DNA of 64,000 nt from an uncultured bacterium (GCA_963822585.1 CAWGIE010000045.1:1791-65790); one strand, 5' to 3'. Numbered from the stretch's first letter, positions 49,882-60,678 are shown. The notes: a model not told the origin generated them from the letters alone. Made by a program: numbers and translations.

Positions 49882-50088
49882 TGTAGTATCGCCCTTTCGC
49901 TTCGCTTCCGGGCTTGTAAGATCAGAATGCCTTCGGCATTCTTTGTAGTAATGGTAGGATCGCTTCGCTTGCAGTTCAGCAAGCCTTGCCGGAGGCAAGG
50001 CGATACTACATCTCCTGCAATTCCTACAAGTCCGAAACGAAGTGAAGGACGATCCCGCATAAATGTGCGACCAACGGGAGCTAATTTA
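49882..50088 (+). repeat. ~210-bp element, copy 5
   Basis: TGTAGTATCGCCCTTTCGC...GCCTTGCC-GGA-GGCAAGGC...AAGGACGATCCCGCA...CTAATTTA. Confidence 0.9.
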
Positions 50089-50090
50089 TC

Positions 50091-50846
50091 ATGAAGATCA
50101 CGCTTATCGGCACCGGCGTTTCCAGCCCCTCGCTTCGGCGCTCCTCACCCGGCCTGGTGATGGAAGCGGGAGAGGAGAAGCTCCTCTTCGACTGCGGTCC
50201 GGATATCCTCCGGGGGATGCTCGCGGCCGGTTTCCGGCACCGGGACATTGACCGGATCCTGGTTAGCCATTTTCATCCCGATCATACCCTGGGTCTGGGC
50301 CATTATCTCTTCGCCTCCCGGTATGACCTGGAGCCGCGCCGCCGGGATCTTTTGATTGCCGGCCCCCCCGGTATGGAAGAACTGATGGAGCGTTTCAACT
50401 CTCTCTATCCCCGGTGGCTGGAAGGGAAGGGATACCGGGTCCTGGTTCATGAGATTGACGACCACCGCTGGTCCGGCCGGGGCTGGCGGATGCGGACGGC
50501 CCCGGTCCGGCACAACCCCGAGAGTATCGCCTACCGGGTAGAGGACGGCCGGGGAATATCGGTTGTCTATTCCGGAGATACCGGTTACTGCGATTCCCTG
50601 GTCAGCCTGTCCCGGTCCGCCGACCTCCTGATCTGCGAATGTTCCTTCCCGGACGGGCGGGGCGGGTCGATGCACCTCGGGCCCAAAGAGGTCGGGATCG
50701 TCGCCTGGCGGGCAAAGGTGAAGAAGGTCCTCTTAACCCATATGTACTCTCTTTGCGATGAGATAGACGTGGTCAGGGAATGCAAAAAGGAGTTCCCCGG
50801 AGAAGTGCTCCGTGGCGAGGACGGGATGAAAATAAATGTCGAATGA
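50091..50846 (+). CDS. MBL-fold metallo-hydrolase (RNase Z/AtsA-like)
   Basis: IGTG, FDCG, SHFHPDH, VRH, YSGDT, ECS, H, LTH. Confidence 0.88.
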   Translation: MKITLIGTGVSSPSLRRSSPGLVMEAGEEKLLFDCGPDILRGMLAAGFRHRDIDRILVSHFHPDHTLGLGHYLFASRYDLEPRRRDLLIAGPPGMEELMERFNSLYPRWLEGKGYRVLVHEIDDHRWSGRGWRMRTAPVRHNPESIAYRVEDGRGISVVYSGDTGYCDSLVSLSRSADLLICECSFPDGRGGSMHLGPKEVGIVAWRAKVKKVLLTHMYSLCDEIDVVRECKKEFPGEVLRGEDGMKINVE

Positions 50847-50995
50847 CGAAATCCGAATGACGAAACCCGAAGAAATAACGAAATTCGAATGACGAAATGC
50901 GAGGCAATGACGAATACCCCGGTTGAAATGTGCGGGGGAAATGAAATCATGTGCACTGGTGCTATTCCGGTGAAAACATAACCGGAGAGATACCC

Positions 50996-52396
50996 ATGGG
51001 AGATACACTATTTTTCCCCGAAGGGGGAAAAATACATTTTGTCGGCATCGGAGGCGTGGGAATGAGCGCGCTGGCCCAGCTCGCCCGCTGGCAGGGACGG
51101 GCGGTGAGCGGGTCCGACCGCTTCTTCGACCGGGGCGAGGCGCTCGACCTTCGCCGATGCCTGGAAGGGGAGGGGATCGTTATCTTTCCCCAGGACGGAT
51201 CGGGGGTGGAAAACGCCGCCGAAGCGGTGAGCTCGGCGGCGGTGGAGGCGGAGATACCCGATCTCCGGGCGGCGGTGAAGGCCGGGGTTCCGGTAACCGG
51301 CCGGGGCGAGTATCTTCTGCGTCTTTCCCGGGGACGGAAATCACTGGCGGTGGCCGGAACGAACGGCAAGTCCACCACATCCGCCCTCCTCAGCTGGATC
51401 TTGGCCGAAAACGGGTACGACCCCACCTTTGTCATCGGGGCTTCTCTGGCGAAGAAAGGGAGGGGGTGGGGGAATGCCCGGTCGGGGGAATCGGAGTGGT
51501 TCTGCTTCGAGGCGGATGAAAGCGACGGCGTCCTGGAACGGTATCTCCCCACCTATGGCGTGATCACCAACATCTCGCCGGATCACTTCGAGATCGAACG
51601 CCTGAGGGATATCTTCACCCGCTTCGCCGGGAACTGCCGGAAAGAGGTCGTGCTCAACGCCGACTGCCCGGAAAGCCGGCTGATCCGGACCGGGGTCGTT
51701 CCGTCGGTCACCTTCTCAATTCATTCTCCTTCCGATTTTCGCGCTCGGGAGATCGAGACCGGCCCCGGGAAATCATCTTTCACGGTCCGGGGTGAACGGT
51801 TTGATCTCCCCCTCCCGGGGATCCATAATGTCTATAACACTCTGGCCGCGCTCGCGGCTGTTTCCCTGGCCGGCCTGGCCCCGGCCCGCGCCGCGGCGGC
51901 AGTGGCTTCCTTTCCGGGGGTCAGGAGAAGGATGGAAATTGTTTATTCGTCGGCTGACCTGGTTGTGATTGATGATTACTCCCACAACCCGGCCAAGATC
52001 GCCGCCGCCCTGGAAGCGGCCCGGCTGTACGGCCTCCCGGTGACCGCGGTTTATCAGCCCCACGGTTTCGCCCCCCTGCGCCGGCTCCATCGCGAGCTGG
52101 CCGCCGCCTTTTCCCGAGGGCTTCGCTCCGGCGACCGGCTGTTGCTCCTCCCCGTCTATTATCCGGGCGGGACGGTGGAGACCGGCTTCGGCTCCGCCGA
52201 CCTGGCCGCCGAAATTACCGGGCCGGCGGCAGTGGGGGTTCAAGCGGACCAGGAGGGTGTTCTCTCCTCTCTCGGCCGGCCGGGCCGGGGGCTATTCCTG
52301 GTCATGGGCGCCCGCGACCCCGGGTTGAGCGCTCTCGCCCGCCGAATTTCCCGGCTGCTCGCCGGGGAAAAATCACAAATCCCAAATCCTAAATAA
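50996..52396 (+). CDS. MurC/Mpl-family ligase
   Basis: HFVGIGGVGMS.LA, SGSD, AGTNGKSTT, EADESDG, DH, HN, GVRRR, DDYSHNP, YQPH. Confidence 0.88.
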   Translation: MGDTLFFPEGGKIHFVGIGGVGMSALAQLARWQGRAVSGSDRFFDRGEALDLRRCLEGEGIVIFPQDGSGVENAAEAVSSAAVEAEIPDLRAAVKAGVPVTGRGEYLLRLSRGRKSLAVAGTNGKSTTSALLSWILAENGYDPTFVIGASLAKKGRGWGNARSGESEWFCFEADESDGVLERYLPTYGVITNISPDHFEIERLRDIFTRFAGNCRKEVVLNADCPESRLIRTGVVPSVTFSIHSPSDFRAREIETGPGKSSFTVRGERFDLPLPGIHNVYNTLAALAAVSLAGLAPARAAAAVASFPGVRRRMEIVYSSADLVVIDDYSHNPAKIAAALEAARLYGLPVTAVYQPHGFAPLRRLHRELAAAFSRGLRSGDRLLLLPVYYPGGTVETGFGSADLAAEITGPAAVGVQADQEGVLSSLGRPGRGLFLVMGARDPGLSALARRISRLLAGEKSQIPNPK

Positions 52397-52563
52397 CAAA
52401 CAAATCCCAAATCACAAATTCAAAATCACAAACTCACTCAGCACTTACAACCCCGAGCAAATTACGCCGGAGGTATTGACCTGCTACTTCGGATTTCGTC
52501 ATTAGTAGCGCCGCAGGCGCTAATTTATTTTGATTATTGTAATTTGTAATTTGTTTGTTATTT

Positions 52564-52593
52564 TCAGCCCGAGGCTGATCAGCCTTTGGCTGA
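52564..52593. mobile_element. 30-bp double-hairpin insertion element (copy 2)
   Basis: TCAGCC-CGA-GGCTGA + TCAGCC-TTT-GGCTGA splits GTTATTT|GGTGCTT, which is uninterrupted in the family F copy near 26668-26681. Confidence 0.8.
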
Positions 52594-52630
52594 GGTGCTT
52601 GTTATTTGGAATTTTAGTATCAATACCAGT

Positions 52631-54028
52631 ATGACTCAAACAAATAACCAGGTCAAAATAACCAGCTACAGAGAAGCTCTGGACTATCTGTACGGTCTTC
52701 GTCTTTTCGGGACCAAGCTGGGACTCCATAATATCCGCCGTCTTTTGGAACTCATGGGTGATCCCCACCGCGGCCTGGTTTTTTACCATATCGCGGGGAC
52801 GAACGGGAAAGGGTCGGTGGCGGCGCTGCTCCAGGGTTTGCTCCGGACTACCCACCGCCGGGTGGGCCTCTTCATTTCTCCCCATCTGGAGGATTTCCGG
52901 GAACGGATCCGGATCAATGACCGGCTGATAACACCCCGGGAAGTAGCCGCCGGGGTGAAAGAGATCCGGCCGTTGCTGGAGGTTGTTTCCCGGAGCCCGG
53001 GATGCTCGCACCCGACCTATTTCGAAGCCGTGACCGCGCTCGCCTGCGGATATTTCGCCGCCCGGAAGGTCGACGCTGTCGTCTGGGAAGTCGGGCTGGG
53101 GGGACGGCTGGACGCCACCAATGTGGTCAGACCCCGGGTCTCGGTTATCACCACGATCTCCCTTGAACACCAGAAATACTTGGGGAGAAGCATCGATTCG
53201 ATCGCCCGGGAGAAGGGCGGGATCATTAAAACCGGGATTCCTCTGGTGACGTCCGTGCGAAACCGGAAGGCTCTGTCGCGCTTGCGGCTGATCGCCCGGC
53301 GGAAGAAGGCCCCCCTGATCGAGGTCGACGCTCTCTATGAGGAAGAGGTTGCCGGACGGGGCCTGAAAGGGCAGTTGCTAACCGTCACGGGTCCCCGGCG
53401 CGTCTATCCCGGTATCTTTCTTCCGCTTCCGGGAGACCACCAGGTAAAGAACTGCGCCGCGGCATTCGCTGCCTGGGAGGTCTCCGATCCCCGCTCCGGC
53501 GATGTCGGGACGGCGCGGATCCGGCAGGCCATCCGGCGGGTCTCCTGGCCGGCCCGGTTTGAATTATTCCCCGGCTCGCCGGATGTTATACTGGACGGAG
53601 CGCATAACCGGTCCGGTGCCGCGGTCTGCGCGAAAACCATCCGGCAGCTGGTCCCCGGCCGCCCGGTTCTCCTTATTCTGGGAACACTGGCCGACAAGGA
53701 CGTCAACGCCCTCTGCCGTTCGCTGGTCCCCCTGGCCTGGAAAGTGATCGCCGTCCGGCCGGAGGGGGATCGCGGACTCGCCGCCGCCGACCTGGCCCGG
53801 GTCTGCCGCCGGTACGCGGGCCCGCGAAAAATCCCCGTGCTGACCCGTAAATCACTTGAGTCGGCCCTTGATTACTGCTACCGTATTTGTCTTCCCGGTC
53901 GGCCGGCCCCGGGATCGGGTCTGCCGCTGATCGTCATCACCGGGTCTCTCCGGTTGGTCGGCCCGGCCCGGAGCATGGTCAACAATAGAGTTCCTCTACC
54001 AGGTATTAAAAATGTGTCTCAACGGTAA
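52631..54028 (+). CDS. folC: Folylpolyglutamate synthase / dihydrofolate synthase
   Basis: HIAGTNGKGS, SPHL..FRERI, EVGLGGRLDATN, IAREKGGI.K, WPAR, LDGAHN, TGS. Confidence 0.95.
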   Translation: MTQTNNQVKITSYREALDYLYGLRLFGTKLGLHNIRRLLELMGDPHRGLVFYHIAGTNGKGSVAALLQGLLRTTHRRVGLFISPHLEDFRERIRINDRLITPREVAAGVKEIRPLLEVVSRSPGCSHPTYFEAVTALACGYFAARKVDAVVWEVGLGGRLDATNVVRPRVSVITTISLEHQKYLGRSIDSIAREKGGIIKTGIPLVTSVRNRKALSRLRLIARRKKAPLIEVDALYEEEVAGRGLKGQLLTVTGPRRVYPGIFLPLPGDHQVKNCAAAFAAWEVSDPRSGDVGTARIRQAIRRVSWPARFELFPGSPDVILDGAHNRSGAAVCAKTIRQLVPGRPVLLILGTLADKDVNALCRSLVPLAWKVIAVRPEGDRGLAAADLARVCRRYAGPRKIPVLTRKSLESALDYCYRICLPGRPAPGSGLPLIVITGSLRLVGPARSMVNNRVPLPGIKNVSQR

Positions 54029-54133
54029 TGTGTATCGCCAGGTCATTGCGGGGCTCGCAATGACGATCTCGGATTAGCGTAATCTATATTTTGCTCTCCT
54101 GATTAATAAACGATTTCAGGTGGTTACAGAGGT

Positions 54134-55309
54134 ATGACCCGGAAACAGACAACCGCGATCGTCAACGCGCTCATTCTCCGCCCCGGATTCCCTCCCGTCC
54201 GCGGCGGCGTTCTGATCTCCGCCGGCCGGATCGAGCGCCTTTTCCCGGAAGGCGTGGCCGCCCCTGATTTTGTCGCCGAAGTCATTGACGCCCGGGGGAA
54301 TTACCTTGCCCCCGGTTTTATCGATCTCCACGTCCATGGAGGGGGAGGGGATGATTTTAACGATGATGACGGCCGTAAGACCGTAAAGATCGTCAACTTT
54401 CTGGCCCGTTTCGGGACCACATCCGTCCTTCCCACCATCGCCACCCCTTCCCGGACTCATTTGCTGGAGACCGTTGCCCGGATCGCTTCCCTGTGTAAAA
54501 GCAGGAAAGTTGGCGATCGGGTACTGGGGATCAATCTGGAAGGACCGTATATCAGCATCGGGAAGCGGGGGGCCCAGCCCCTTCGATTCATCAGGAACCC
54601 CTCGAAAACGGAGGTCGCGGAACTTCTGGAAGCGGCCGACGGCGCCATCAAGATAATGACCGTGGCCCCGGAGGTTCGCGGGGCGATCTCCCTGATCAAG
54701 CTGCTCAAACGATCCGGCGTCATCCCCGCGATCGGCCATACCATCGCCGATTACGATACCACCCGTTCGGCGATCCGGGCCGGCCTCTCCTATGTCACCC
54801 ATATATTCAACAGCTATCCCCCTCTGCACCACCGTCAACCGGGGGCGATCGGTGCCATCCTGGAATCCGATCGTCTGAACGTCGAAATCCTTTGTGACGG
54901 AGTACACCTGTCACCGGTGATCGTCCGGCTGATCGCCCGCCTGAAGCCGCTGGAGAAGCTTCTCCTGGTCACCGACGGCATCGCGGTTCTGGGGCGGCGG
55001 GTCAAGAAGTTCACCATGGGCGGCCGGGAAGTGATAGTGGATAAGAATGAGGCCCGCCTCCCGGACGGGACCCTGGTCGGCAGCATGGTACCGATGAATC
55101 ACGCGCTGAACAATTTTATGCGGTTCACCGGTTGCCCTCTCCCTGACGCTCTTTTTCTGGCCACCGCTAACCCGGCCCGTCTACTTGGTCTCGAAGACAG
55201 GAAAGGGGACATCCGTCACGGCATGGACGCCGATCTGGTCATCATGGACAAGCACTGCATGGTGAAGCGGACAATCATCGCCGGGGAGACGGTGTACCGC
55301 AAATCCTGA
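54134..55309 (+). CDS. nagA: N-acetylglucosamine-6-phosphate deacetylase
   Basis: PGFIDLHVHG, LEGPY, TVAPE, GHT, THIFN, DGVH, VTDG, NPA. Confidence 0.93.
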   Translation: MTRKQTTAIVNALILRPGFPPVRGGVLISAGRIERLFPEGVAAPDFVAEVIDARGNYLAPGFIDLHVHGGGGDDFNDDDGRKTVKIVNFLARFGTTSVLPTIATPSRTHLLETVARIASLCKSRKVGDRVLGINLEGPYISIGKRGAQPLRFIRNPSKTEVAELLEAADGAIKIMTVAPEVRGAISLIKLLKRSGVIPAIGHTIADYDTTRSAIRAGLSYVTHIFNSYPPLHHRQPGAIGAILESDRLNVEILCDGVHLSPVIVRLIARLKPLEKLLLVTDGIAVLGRRVKKFTMGGREVIVDKNEARLPDGTLVGSMVPMNHALNNFMRFTGCPLPDALFLATANPARLLGLEDRKGDIRHGMDADLVIMDKHCMVKRTIIAGETVYRKS

Positions 55310-55383
55310 AAGTGAACCTTGCACATTCATTCGGATTTCGTCATTAGCAGCGCCGAAGGCACTGTATTCTCCTCCTCCCGGGA

Positions 55384-55412
55384 TTGAAATCGGGCGAGAG
55401 AGATGGTATTAT
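55384..55412 (+). promoter_or_regulatory. Sigma-70-type promoter upstream of the CsgG-like gene
   Basis: TTGAAA-N17-TATTAT with extended -10 TG. Confidence 0.5.
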
Positions 55413-55596
55413 TACTATTTCGGAATTTCGAAAACGTAGAAAAAACAGATAATCACCACGAAGAACACGAAGTACACGAAGAAAGATAGGAAAAATATCA
55501 TGCTTATTTTATTCTCCCCGATTTCCTTCGTGACCTTCGTGTCCTTCGTGGTTAAAAGATGCGCCGCAGGCGCTCATTAATAACGGGAGGGATGAT

Positions 55597-56511
55597 ATGA
55601 GTTCATTGGGAAGGAAGGGATGCGTGTTGTTAGGAGTTCTCCTGGCGGCGGGATGTCTGCTGTCGGCGTCTGGCGCTCAAGCCGCGCCCAAGAAGACGAT
55701 CGCCGTCTCCGAGTTCGATAACAAATCGGGCTGGAGCGGCAGCTGGAAGATCGGCTGGGGGATGCAGGAGATGATGGCCACCGCTCTGGTCGACACCGGT
55801 AAGTTCACGGTGCTGGAACGTCAGGATCTCGACGCTATCATGGCTGAACAGGACCTTGGCGCCAGCGGCCGGACCGGTGAAGGCTCCGCGGCGGCGATCG
55901 GCAAGCTGGGGAAAGCCCAGATCCTGATCTCGGGGGCGGTTACCGAGTTCGAGGAAAAGAAGGGCGGTGAGGGCGCCGGGATCGGATTTAAAGGTTTCCG
56001 GATCGGCGGCAGTCATGAACAGGCCCACGTGGCGATCAACGTCCGGATCTATGACACCAGCAGCGGCGAGGTCCTCGACTCCATCCGGGTGGAAGGCGCG
56101 GCCGATGCCGGCGGCCTCAAGCTCGGCTACAGCAACGCCGATTTCGGGGGCGACCTGGGCGGTTTCCGGAAGACCCCCCTGGGCGAAGCCACCCAGCAGG
56201 CCATTGACGAGGCCGTCCAGAAGATAGCCTCCCGGCTGAAAAGCGTCCCCTGGCAGGGGAAACTGATCAAGGCCACCCCTTCCAAGGTGTATCTCAACGC
56301 CGGCAGCGAGGGGGGGGTCAGCGACGGGATGGAGTTCGATGTTTACCGCCAGGGGGAAGCCCTGGTCGATCCCGACACCGGGATGACGCTGGGGGCGGAA
56401 ACGGAGAAGGTCGGCCGGATTAAAGTCACCGATGTCAAAGATAAGTTCTCCATCGCCTCCGTCGTCTCCGGTTCCGACATGCAGCGGGGCGATCTGGTAA
56501 AATCCGAATAA
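55597..56511 (+). CDS. CsgG/HfaB-family protein with an FlgT-like C-terminal domain
   Basis: Signal peptide; IAV..F.NKS, L..TGKF.VLER..L..I..EQ, G.VTEF; C-terminal VYLNAGS..GV..G. Confidence 0.8.
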   Translation: MSSLGRKGCVLLGVLLAAGCLLSASGAQAAPKKTIAVSEFDNKSGWSGSWKIGWGMQEMMATALVDTGKFTVLERQDLDAIMAEQDLGASGRTGEGSAAAIGKLGKAQILISGAVTEFEEKKGGEGAGIGFKGFRIGGSHEQAHVAINVRIYDTSSGEVLDSIRVEGAADAGGLKLGYSNADFGGDLGGFRKTPLGEATQQAIDEAVQKIASRLKSVPWQGKLIKATPSKVYLNAGSEGGVSDGMEFDVYRQGEALVDPDTGMTLGAETEKVGRIKVTDVKDKFSIASVVSGSDMQRGDLVKSE

Positions 56512-56742
56512 ATGTTCCGCTGGTTCCTCAAGCTTGTTCTGATCCTGCTGGCGGCAGCCCTCCTTTACGGGTTATGGCTGCTCTACCAGGATAAACCCCC
56601 GGAAGAAAAGCAGCAGATCCGGGAGGGAATGGTCCGGACCGTCAAAGACGCGGGCCGGACCGTGGCCGAGGCCGGGCGCCGGGTGGTGAAGAAGGGGCAG
56701 CAGATGTTGCAAAAAGGAGAGGAAGGGGAGAAAGAAGAGTAG
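56512..56742 (+). CDS. Small single-pass membrane protein
   Basis: ATG abuts the upstream stop; N-terminal TM helix and charged tail. Confidence 0.6.
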   Translation: MFRWFLKLVLILLAAALLYGLWLLYQDKPPEEKQQIREGMVRTVKDAGRTVAEAGRRVVKKGQQMLQKGEEGEKEE

Positions 56743-57014
56743 GGTGACGAGGTTTGCGCCGCTTTTAAGTGGAATAACGATAAATGACTAAATCCGAATG
56801 TCGAATGTCGAAAGAATGACAAAGCACCTCCGCCCAAGCGGCTTCGGCGCTCTCGCGAAGGCGGATGACGAAATGTGCTCCGGTCGGCCGAAGCGTGCCG
56901 CCGAAAGGGAGATGGGGAATTCAGTCATTTGACAGTGGGATTTCATTCGGATTTCGTCATTCGGATTTGGTCATTTAGAATCCGGGATAAATTCCCCGAA
57001 TTCTTGAATTCATC

Positions 57015-58361
57015 ATGCCTTCTCTTATCCCAGCCGCCCGCAGGTTCTACCTCCGCACCTTCGGCTGCCAGATGAACCGGCATGACTCGGAACGGATCGC
57101 CGGTATGCTGGAAGCCCGGGGTTGGCGCCGCTCCCGGAACGCGGAGAAGGCGGACCTGATCCTCCTCAATACCTGCAGCGTCCGCGATCACGCGGAAGCG
57201 CGGGTCCTGGGTCGACTGGAGGCCTATCGCCGGGAAAAGAAAAAGCGCCCCCAGGTGGCGATAGGCGTGCTCGGCTGCATGGCCCAGGTACGGGGAGAGC
57301 TGCTCCGGGATCGGTTTCCGGAGCTGGATCTGATACTGGGACCCGGGTGTTTCGGCCGTCTCCCCGCCGAAGCGGCCGCCGCTCTATCCGGATCCGGTCC
57401 CCGGGTGGCCGACTCTTTCGACCCGGACGGGAATTTTTTCCGCGGCCCTTGCCTCCGGGAGAACTCCCTCTGCGCCTGGGTCACCGTGATGCGGGGATGC
57501 GACAATTTCTGCTCCTATTGCGTGGTCCCCTTTGCCCGGGGTCGGGAGATAAGCCGCTCTCCCGACGAAATCGTCGAAGAGGTCAGGTCGCTGGGGGAGG
57601 GGGGATACCGGGAGATCACCCTCCTCGGCCAGAATGTCAATTCCTACCGGGGGATGAGTCTTTCCGGGTCCGGCGTGGACTTTCCCGGGCTGCTGCGCCG
57701 GGTAAACGCTGTTTCCGGGATCGATCGGATCCGCTTCATCACTTCCCATCCGAAGGACATTTCCCCGGACCTGATCAGGGCGATCGGGGAATTGGAGAAG
57801 GTCTGCGAATCCCTGCACTTCCCCGCTCAGTCCGGTTCCGACGCCGTGCTTGAAAAAATGAGGCGGGGATACACCAGAGACGAATACCTGGCCAAGGCGC
57901 GGAGCCTGCGGGAGGCGGTCCCGGACATTTCTCTTGCTTCCGATTTTATCGTCGGTTTCCCGGGGGAGACCGATGCCGACTTCACCCGGACGCTGGACCT
58001 GGTCCGGGAAGTCCGTTTTGAGAGGATTTTCGCTTTCGCCTATTCTCCCCGGCCGAAGACGGCCGCAGCCGCTTTCCCCGACGATGTCCCCCCGGAGGTG
58101 AAAGCCGCCCGGCTACAGGAACTGCTGGCTCTCCAGAAGACGATATCCGGAGGGAAGAATCGGGAGTTGATCGGGAAAACCGTGGAAGTTCTGGTCGAGG
58201 GAAGGAACCGGAAATACGGCGACCGGGCGGAGGGAAGGACCCGGGGTGGGCAGATGGTCTTCTTCCCCTGGGAGGAAGGGATAAAAGGGGAGATCGTCCC
58301 GGTCCGGGTCGAACGGGCCACGGAGGCGAGTTTGTTTGGTAATCGGGTGGATGGTAATTAA
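57015..58361 (+). CDS. miaB: tRNA-i6A37 methylthiotransferase
   Basis: TFGCQMN.HDSE, NTCSVR, GCMAQ, GCDNFCSYCVVP, LLGQNVNSY, TSHP, IVGFPGET, TRAM domain. Confidence 0.96.
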   Translation: MPSLIPAARRFYLRTFGCQMNRHDSERIAGMLEARGWRRSRNAEKADLILLNTCSVRDHAEARVLGRLEAYRREKKKRPQVAIGVLGCMAQVRGELLRDRFPELDLILGPGCFGRLPAEAAAALSGSGPRVADSFDPDGNFFRGPCLRENSLCAWVTVMRGCDNFCSYCVVPFARGREISRSPDEIVEEVRSLGEGGYREITLLGQNVNSYRGMSLSGSGVDFPGLLRRVNAVSGIDRIRFITSHPKDISPDLIRAIGELEKVCESLHFPAQSGSDAVLEKMRRGYTRDEYLAKARSLREAVPDISLASDFIVGFPGETDADFTRTLDLVREVRFERIFAFAYSPRPKTAAAAFPDDVPPEVKAARLQELLALQKTISGGKNRELIGKTVEVLVEGRNRKYGDRAEGRTRGGQMVFFPWEEGIKGEIVPVRVERATEASLFGNRVDGN

Positions 58362-58594
58362 TGGTAATGTACTGTTATACCGGTCAGAGAGGGAATAATG
58401 GAGTGCTGGAGTGTTGGAGTATTGGAGTAATGGAAGCCGGGCCCCCACCATTTCATTACTCCATCACTCCAGGTTACTAAGTATCGGACACGATAACTTT
58501 TTCGGGTTTACTATATATCGGGTAATTACGCACTTCAACACTCCACTACTCCATCATTCCATTACTCCAGCTTCATTATCCCAACCATGCCTGT

Positions 58595-60367
58595 TTGTCA
58601 AGAAAGATTAAAAAACACGCCCTGATCCCGATCTGGCGCCGCCCCTGGCTGCTGGCGGCGGCCGTGCTTCTGGTCTACGCCAACTCCTGGAGCAACCCCT
58701 TCATCCTCGATGACGCGACTCACATTCTCCAGAATCGGCGGATCGGGGAATGGAAAAACTGGACGGAGATTTTTCGGGAGCCGTTCTTCCTCTTCCCGGA
58801 GGCCGGACTTGCTCAGTATTACCGCCCCCTGACCAAGCTGACCTACAAGGTGGAGTGGCTTCTTTTCGGGGATCGCCCCTTCGGCTACCACCTGGTCAAT
58901 ACTCTCCTCCACGCCCTCAACACGATCCTCCTCTACCTGGTCTGCCGGCGCTTGGGCGCGCGGGCGCGACCGGCTTTCCTGGCCGCGCTTATCTTCGGTA
59001 TCCACCCGCTCCAGACCGAAGAGGTGAGCTACATCTCCGGGCTGGGCGGTCTCGCTTCCGTTTCCGGGATTCTGGCCTCACTCTATTGTTTGATCGGGTT
59101 TTTGAAAAAGCGGCGGTTCGCCTGGTACTTCTCATCCATTTTCTTTTTTCTCATCGGGCTTCTTTACAAGGAAGTCGCCCTGCTGGCCCCGGTACTGCTG
59201 GTCTGGATGGCGTTGACGGCCCTCCCCTCCGGTGAGGAAGATCGTCTTCGCGGTCCGGCGCTGGCCGGATATATCCTTCCGTTTTTCCTGCTTGCCGGCG
59301 GTTACCTGGTCCTGCGTTCCTTCTTCCTGGTCCGGACCGACTTCACGGCCGGTCTCACCGGCGGCCTCTGGCTCCGGTTTTTGACCTTCGGAAAAGGGAT
59401 CTGGATCTACCTGGGGCTGGCGCTCTTCCCGTTTGGGCTCCATTTTTACCGATCCCTGGCGCTGCTCTCTCATGGCTGGCATTTCCTGCCGCTTCTGCTC
59501 CTGGGCGGATGCGCCCTCGGCCTGGCCCGGAGTATTCGCCCCCCCGGGCGCCCGACTTCTCTCTTCGCCTTCGGGTTCGGCAGCTTCCTGATCGGCCTCC
59601 TCCCCTTTTCCGGGGTCAACCCCATTTTCCTGGAAAGGGGATTCCTTTACTGGGGGGAACACTTCATGTATCTCCCCCTGGCCGGTCTGGGAATGGTCCT
59701 GGCGGCCGCCTTTAACTGCCGGAGAAAATACCCCGGTGCCGGTCCGGCCCGGATCTGCCTGGCTCTGATTATCTGTGTCATGGCTTTTCTCACTGTCCGT
59801 CAGAATACATTCTGGTCCGACGAGACGGCCTTTTTCGAGAGGATGGTCAGGTACGAATCGAATCTTTTCCGGACCGCCGGGCTGCTGGGGATCGCCTATT
59901 ACAAGGAAGGGCGGATTGAAGAGGCGGTGGCGGCGGATCTCCGCGCCCGGAAAATCCTTATTGACCGGAATGCCGTCTCTTCCGGGAAAGAATTGCCTCC
60001 GATGGACAGGTATCAGTTGAAGATCATCCTCTGGCGGGTGTCGCAGGGCTTCCGGAGCCTGCGCCGGTACGGCGAGGCCGAGGAGGCGGCCCGGGAACTG
60101 CTGGAGATTACTCCGGAAGGGTATGAAGGACGCTATCTGCTCGGCCGCGCCCTCCTGGCCGCCGGCGACGTGAAGGGAGCCCGGCCCTACCTGGAGGAGG
60201 CGTACCGGTTGCAACCGGATAACTTTGAGGTCGCCCGGGCGCTGATCGTCTGCTACCGGCGGCTGGGAGAGGATAAGCGGGCCCAGGCGGTATGGAGTGC
60301 GGCCTCCCGGCGGATCCCCGCATTCCGCCAGGCCCGGGATATCTTGAAGCAGCGATATCAAAAATGA
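58595..60367 (+). CDS. Second TMTC-like membrane glycosyltransferase with TPRs
   Basis: F.LDD, YYRPL, GYH.VN..LH, HPLQTEEV.YIS, KE, EHFMYLP, TPRs; TTG start is uncertain. Confidence 0.78.
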   Translation: MSRKIKKHALIPIWRRPWLLAAAVLLVYANSWSNPFILDDATHILQNRRIGEWKNWTEIFREPFFLFPEAGLAQYYRPLTKLTYKVEWLLFGDRPFGYHLVNTLLHALNTILLYLVCRRLGARARPAFLAALIFGIHPLQTEEVSYISGLGGLASVSGILASLYCLIGFLKKRRFAWYFSSIFFFLIGLLYKEVALLAPVLLVWMALTALPSGEEDRLRGPALAGYILPFFLLAGGYLVLRSFFLVRTDFTAGLTGGLWLRFLTFGKGIWIYLGLALFPFGLHFYRSLALLSHGWHFLPLLLLGGCALGLARSIRPPGRPTSLFAFGFGSFLIGLLPFSGVNPIFLERGFLYWGEHFMYLPLAGLGMVLAAAFNCRRKYPGAGPARICLALIICVMAFLTVRQNTFWSDETAFFERMVRYESNLFRTAGLLGIAYYKEGRIEEAVAADLRARKILIDRNAVSSGKELPPMDRYQLKIILWRVSQGFRSLRRYGEAEEAARELLEITPEGYEGRYLLGRALLAAGDVKGARPYLEEAYRLQPDNFEVARALIVCYRRLGEDKRAQAVWSAASRRIPAFRQARDILKQRYQK

Positions 60368-60678
60368 TATGCTTGCAAAAATCCTAAATCCTAATTTCTA
60401 AATCCTAAATAAATGCAAAATTAAAAATCCAAATGCACAAAATGATCACCCCTTGGGCAGTGCAAAGGGAACAGGTCTATCTATAATATCTGAGACGGCT
60501 TTTCCTCCCTCCAATTCGTTTCGAAGAATCCGCCTTGATGTGCTGCCGGTGGAGGTTTCGGTCATTTGGATTTGAATATTGTTTAGGATTTAGATATTAG
60601 GATTTAGGATTTGTTCCTTGAAGATTCTCTATACCGAAACGTGAGAACTTTCATCCAGAAAAATATAATATATGACTG

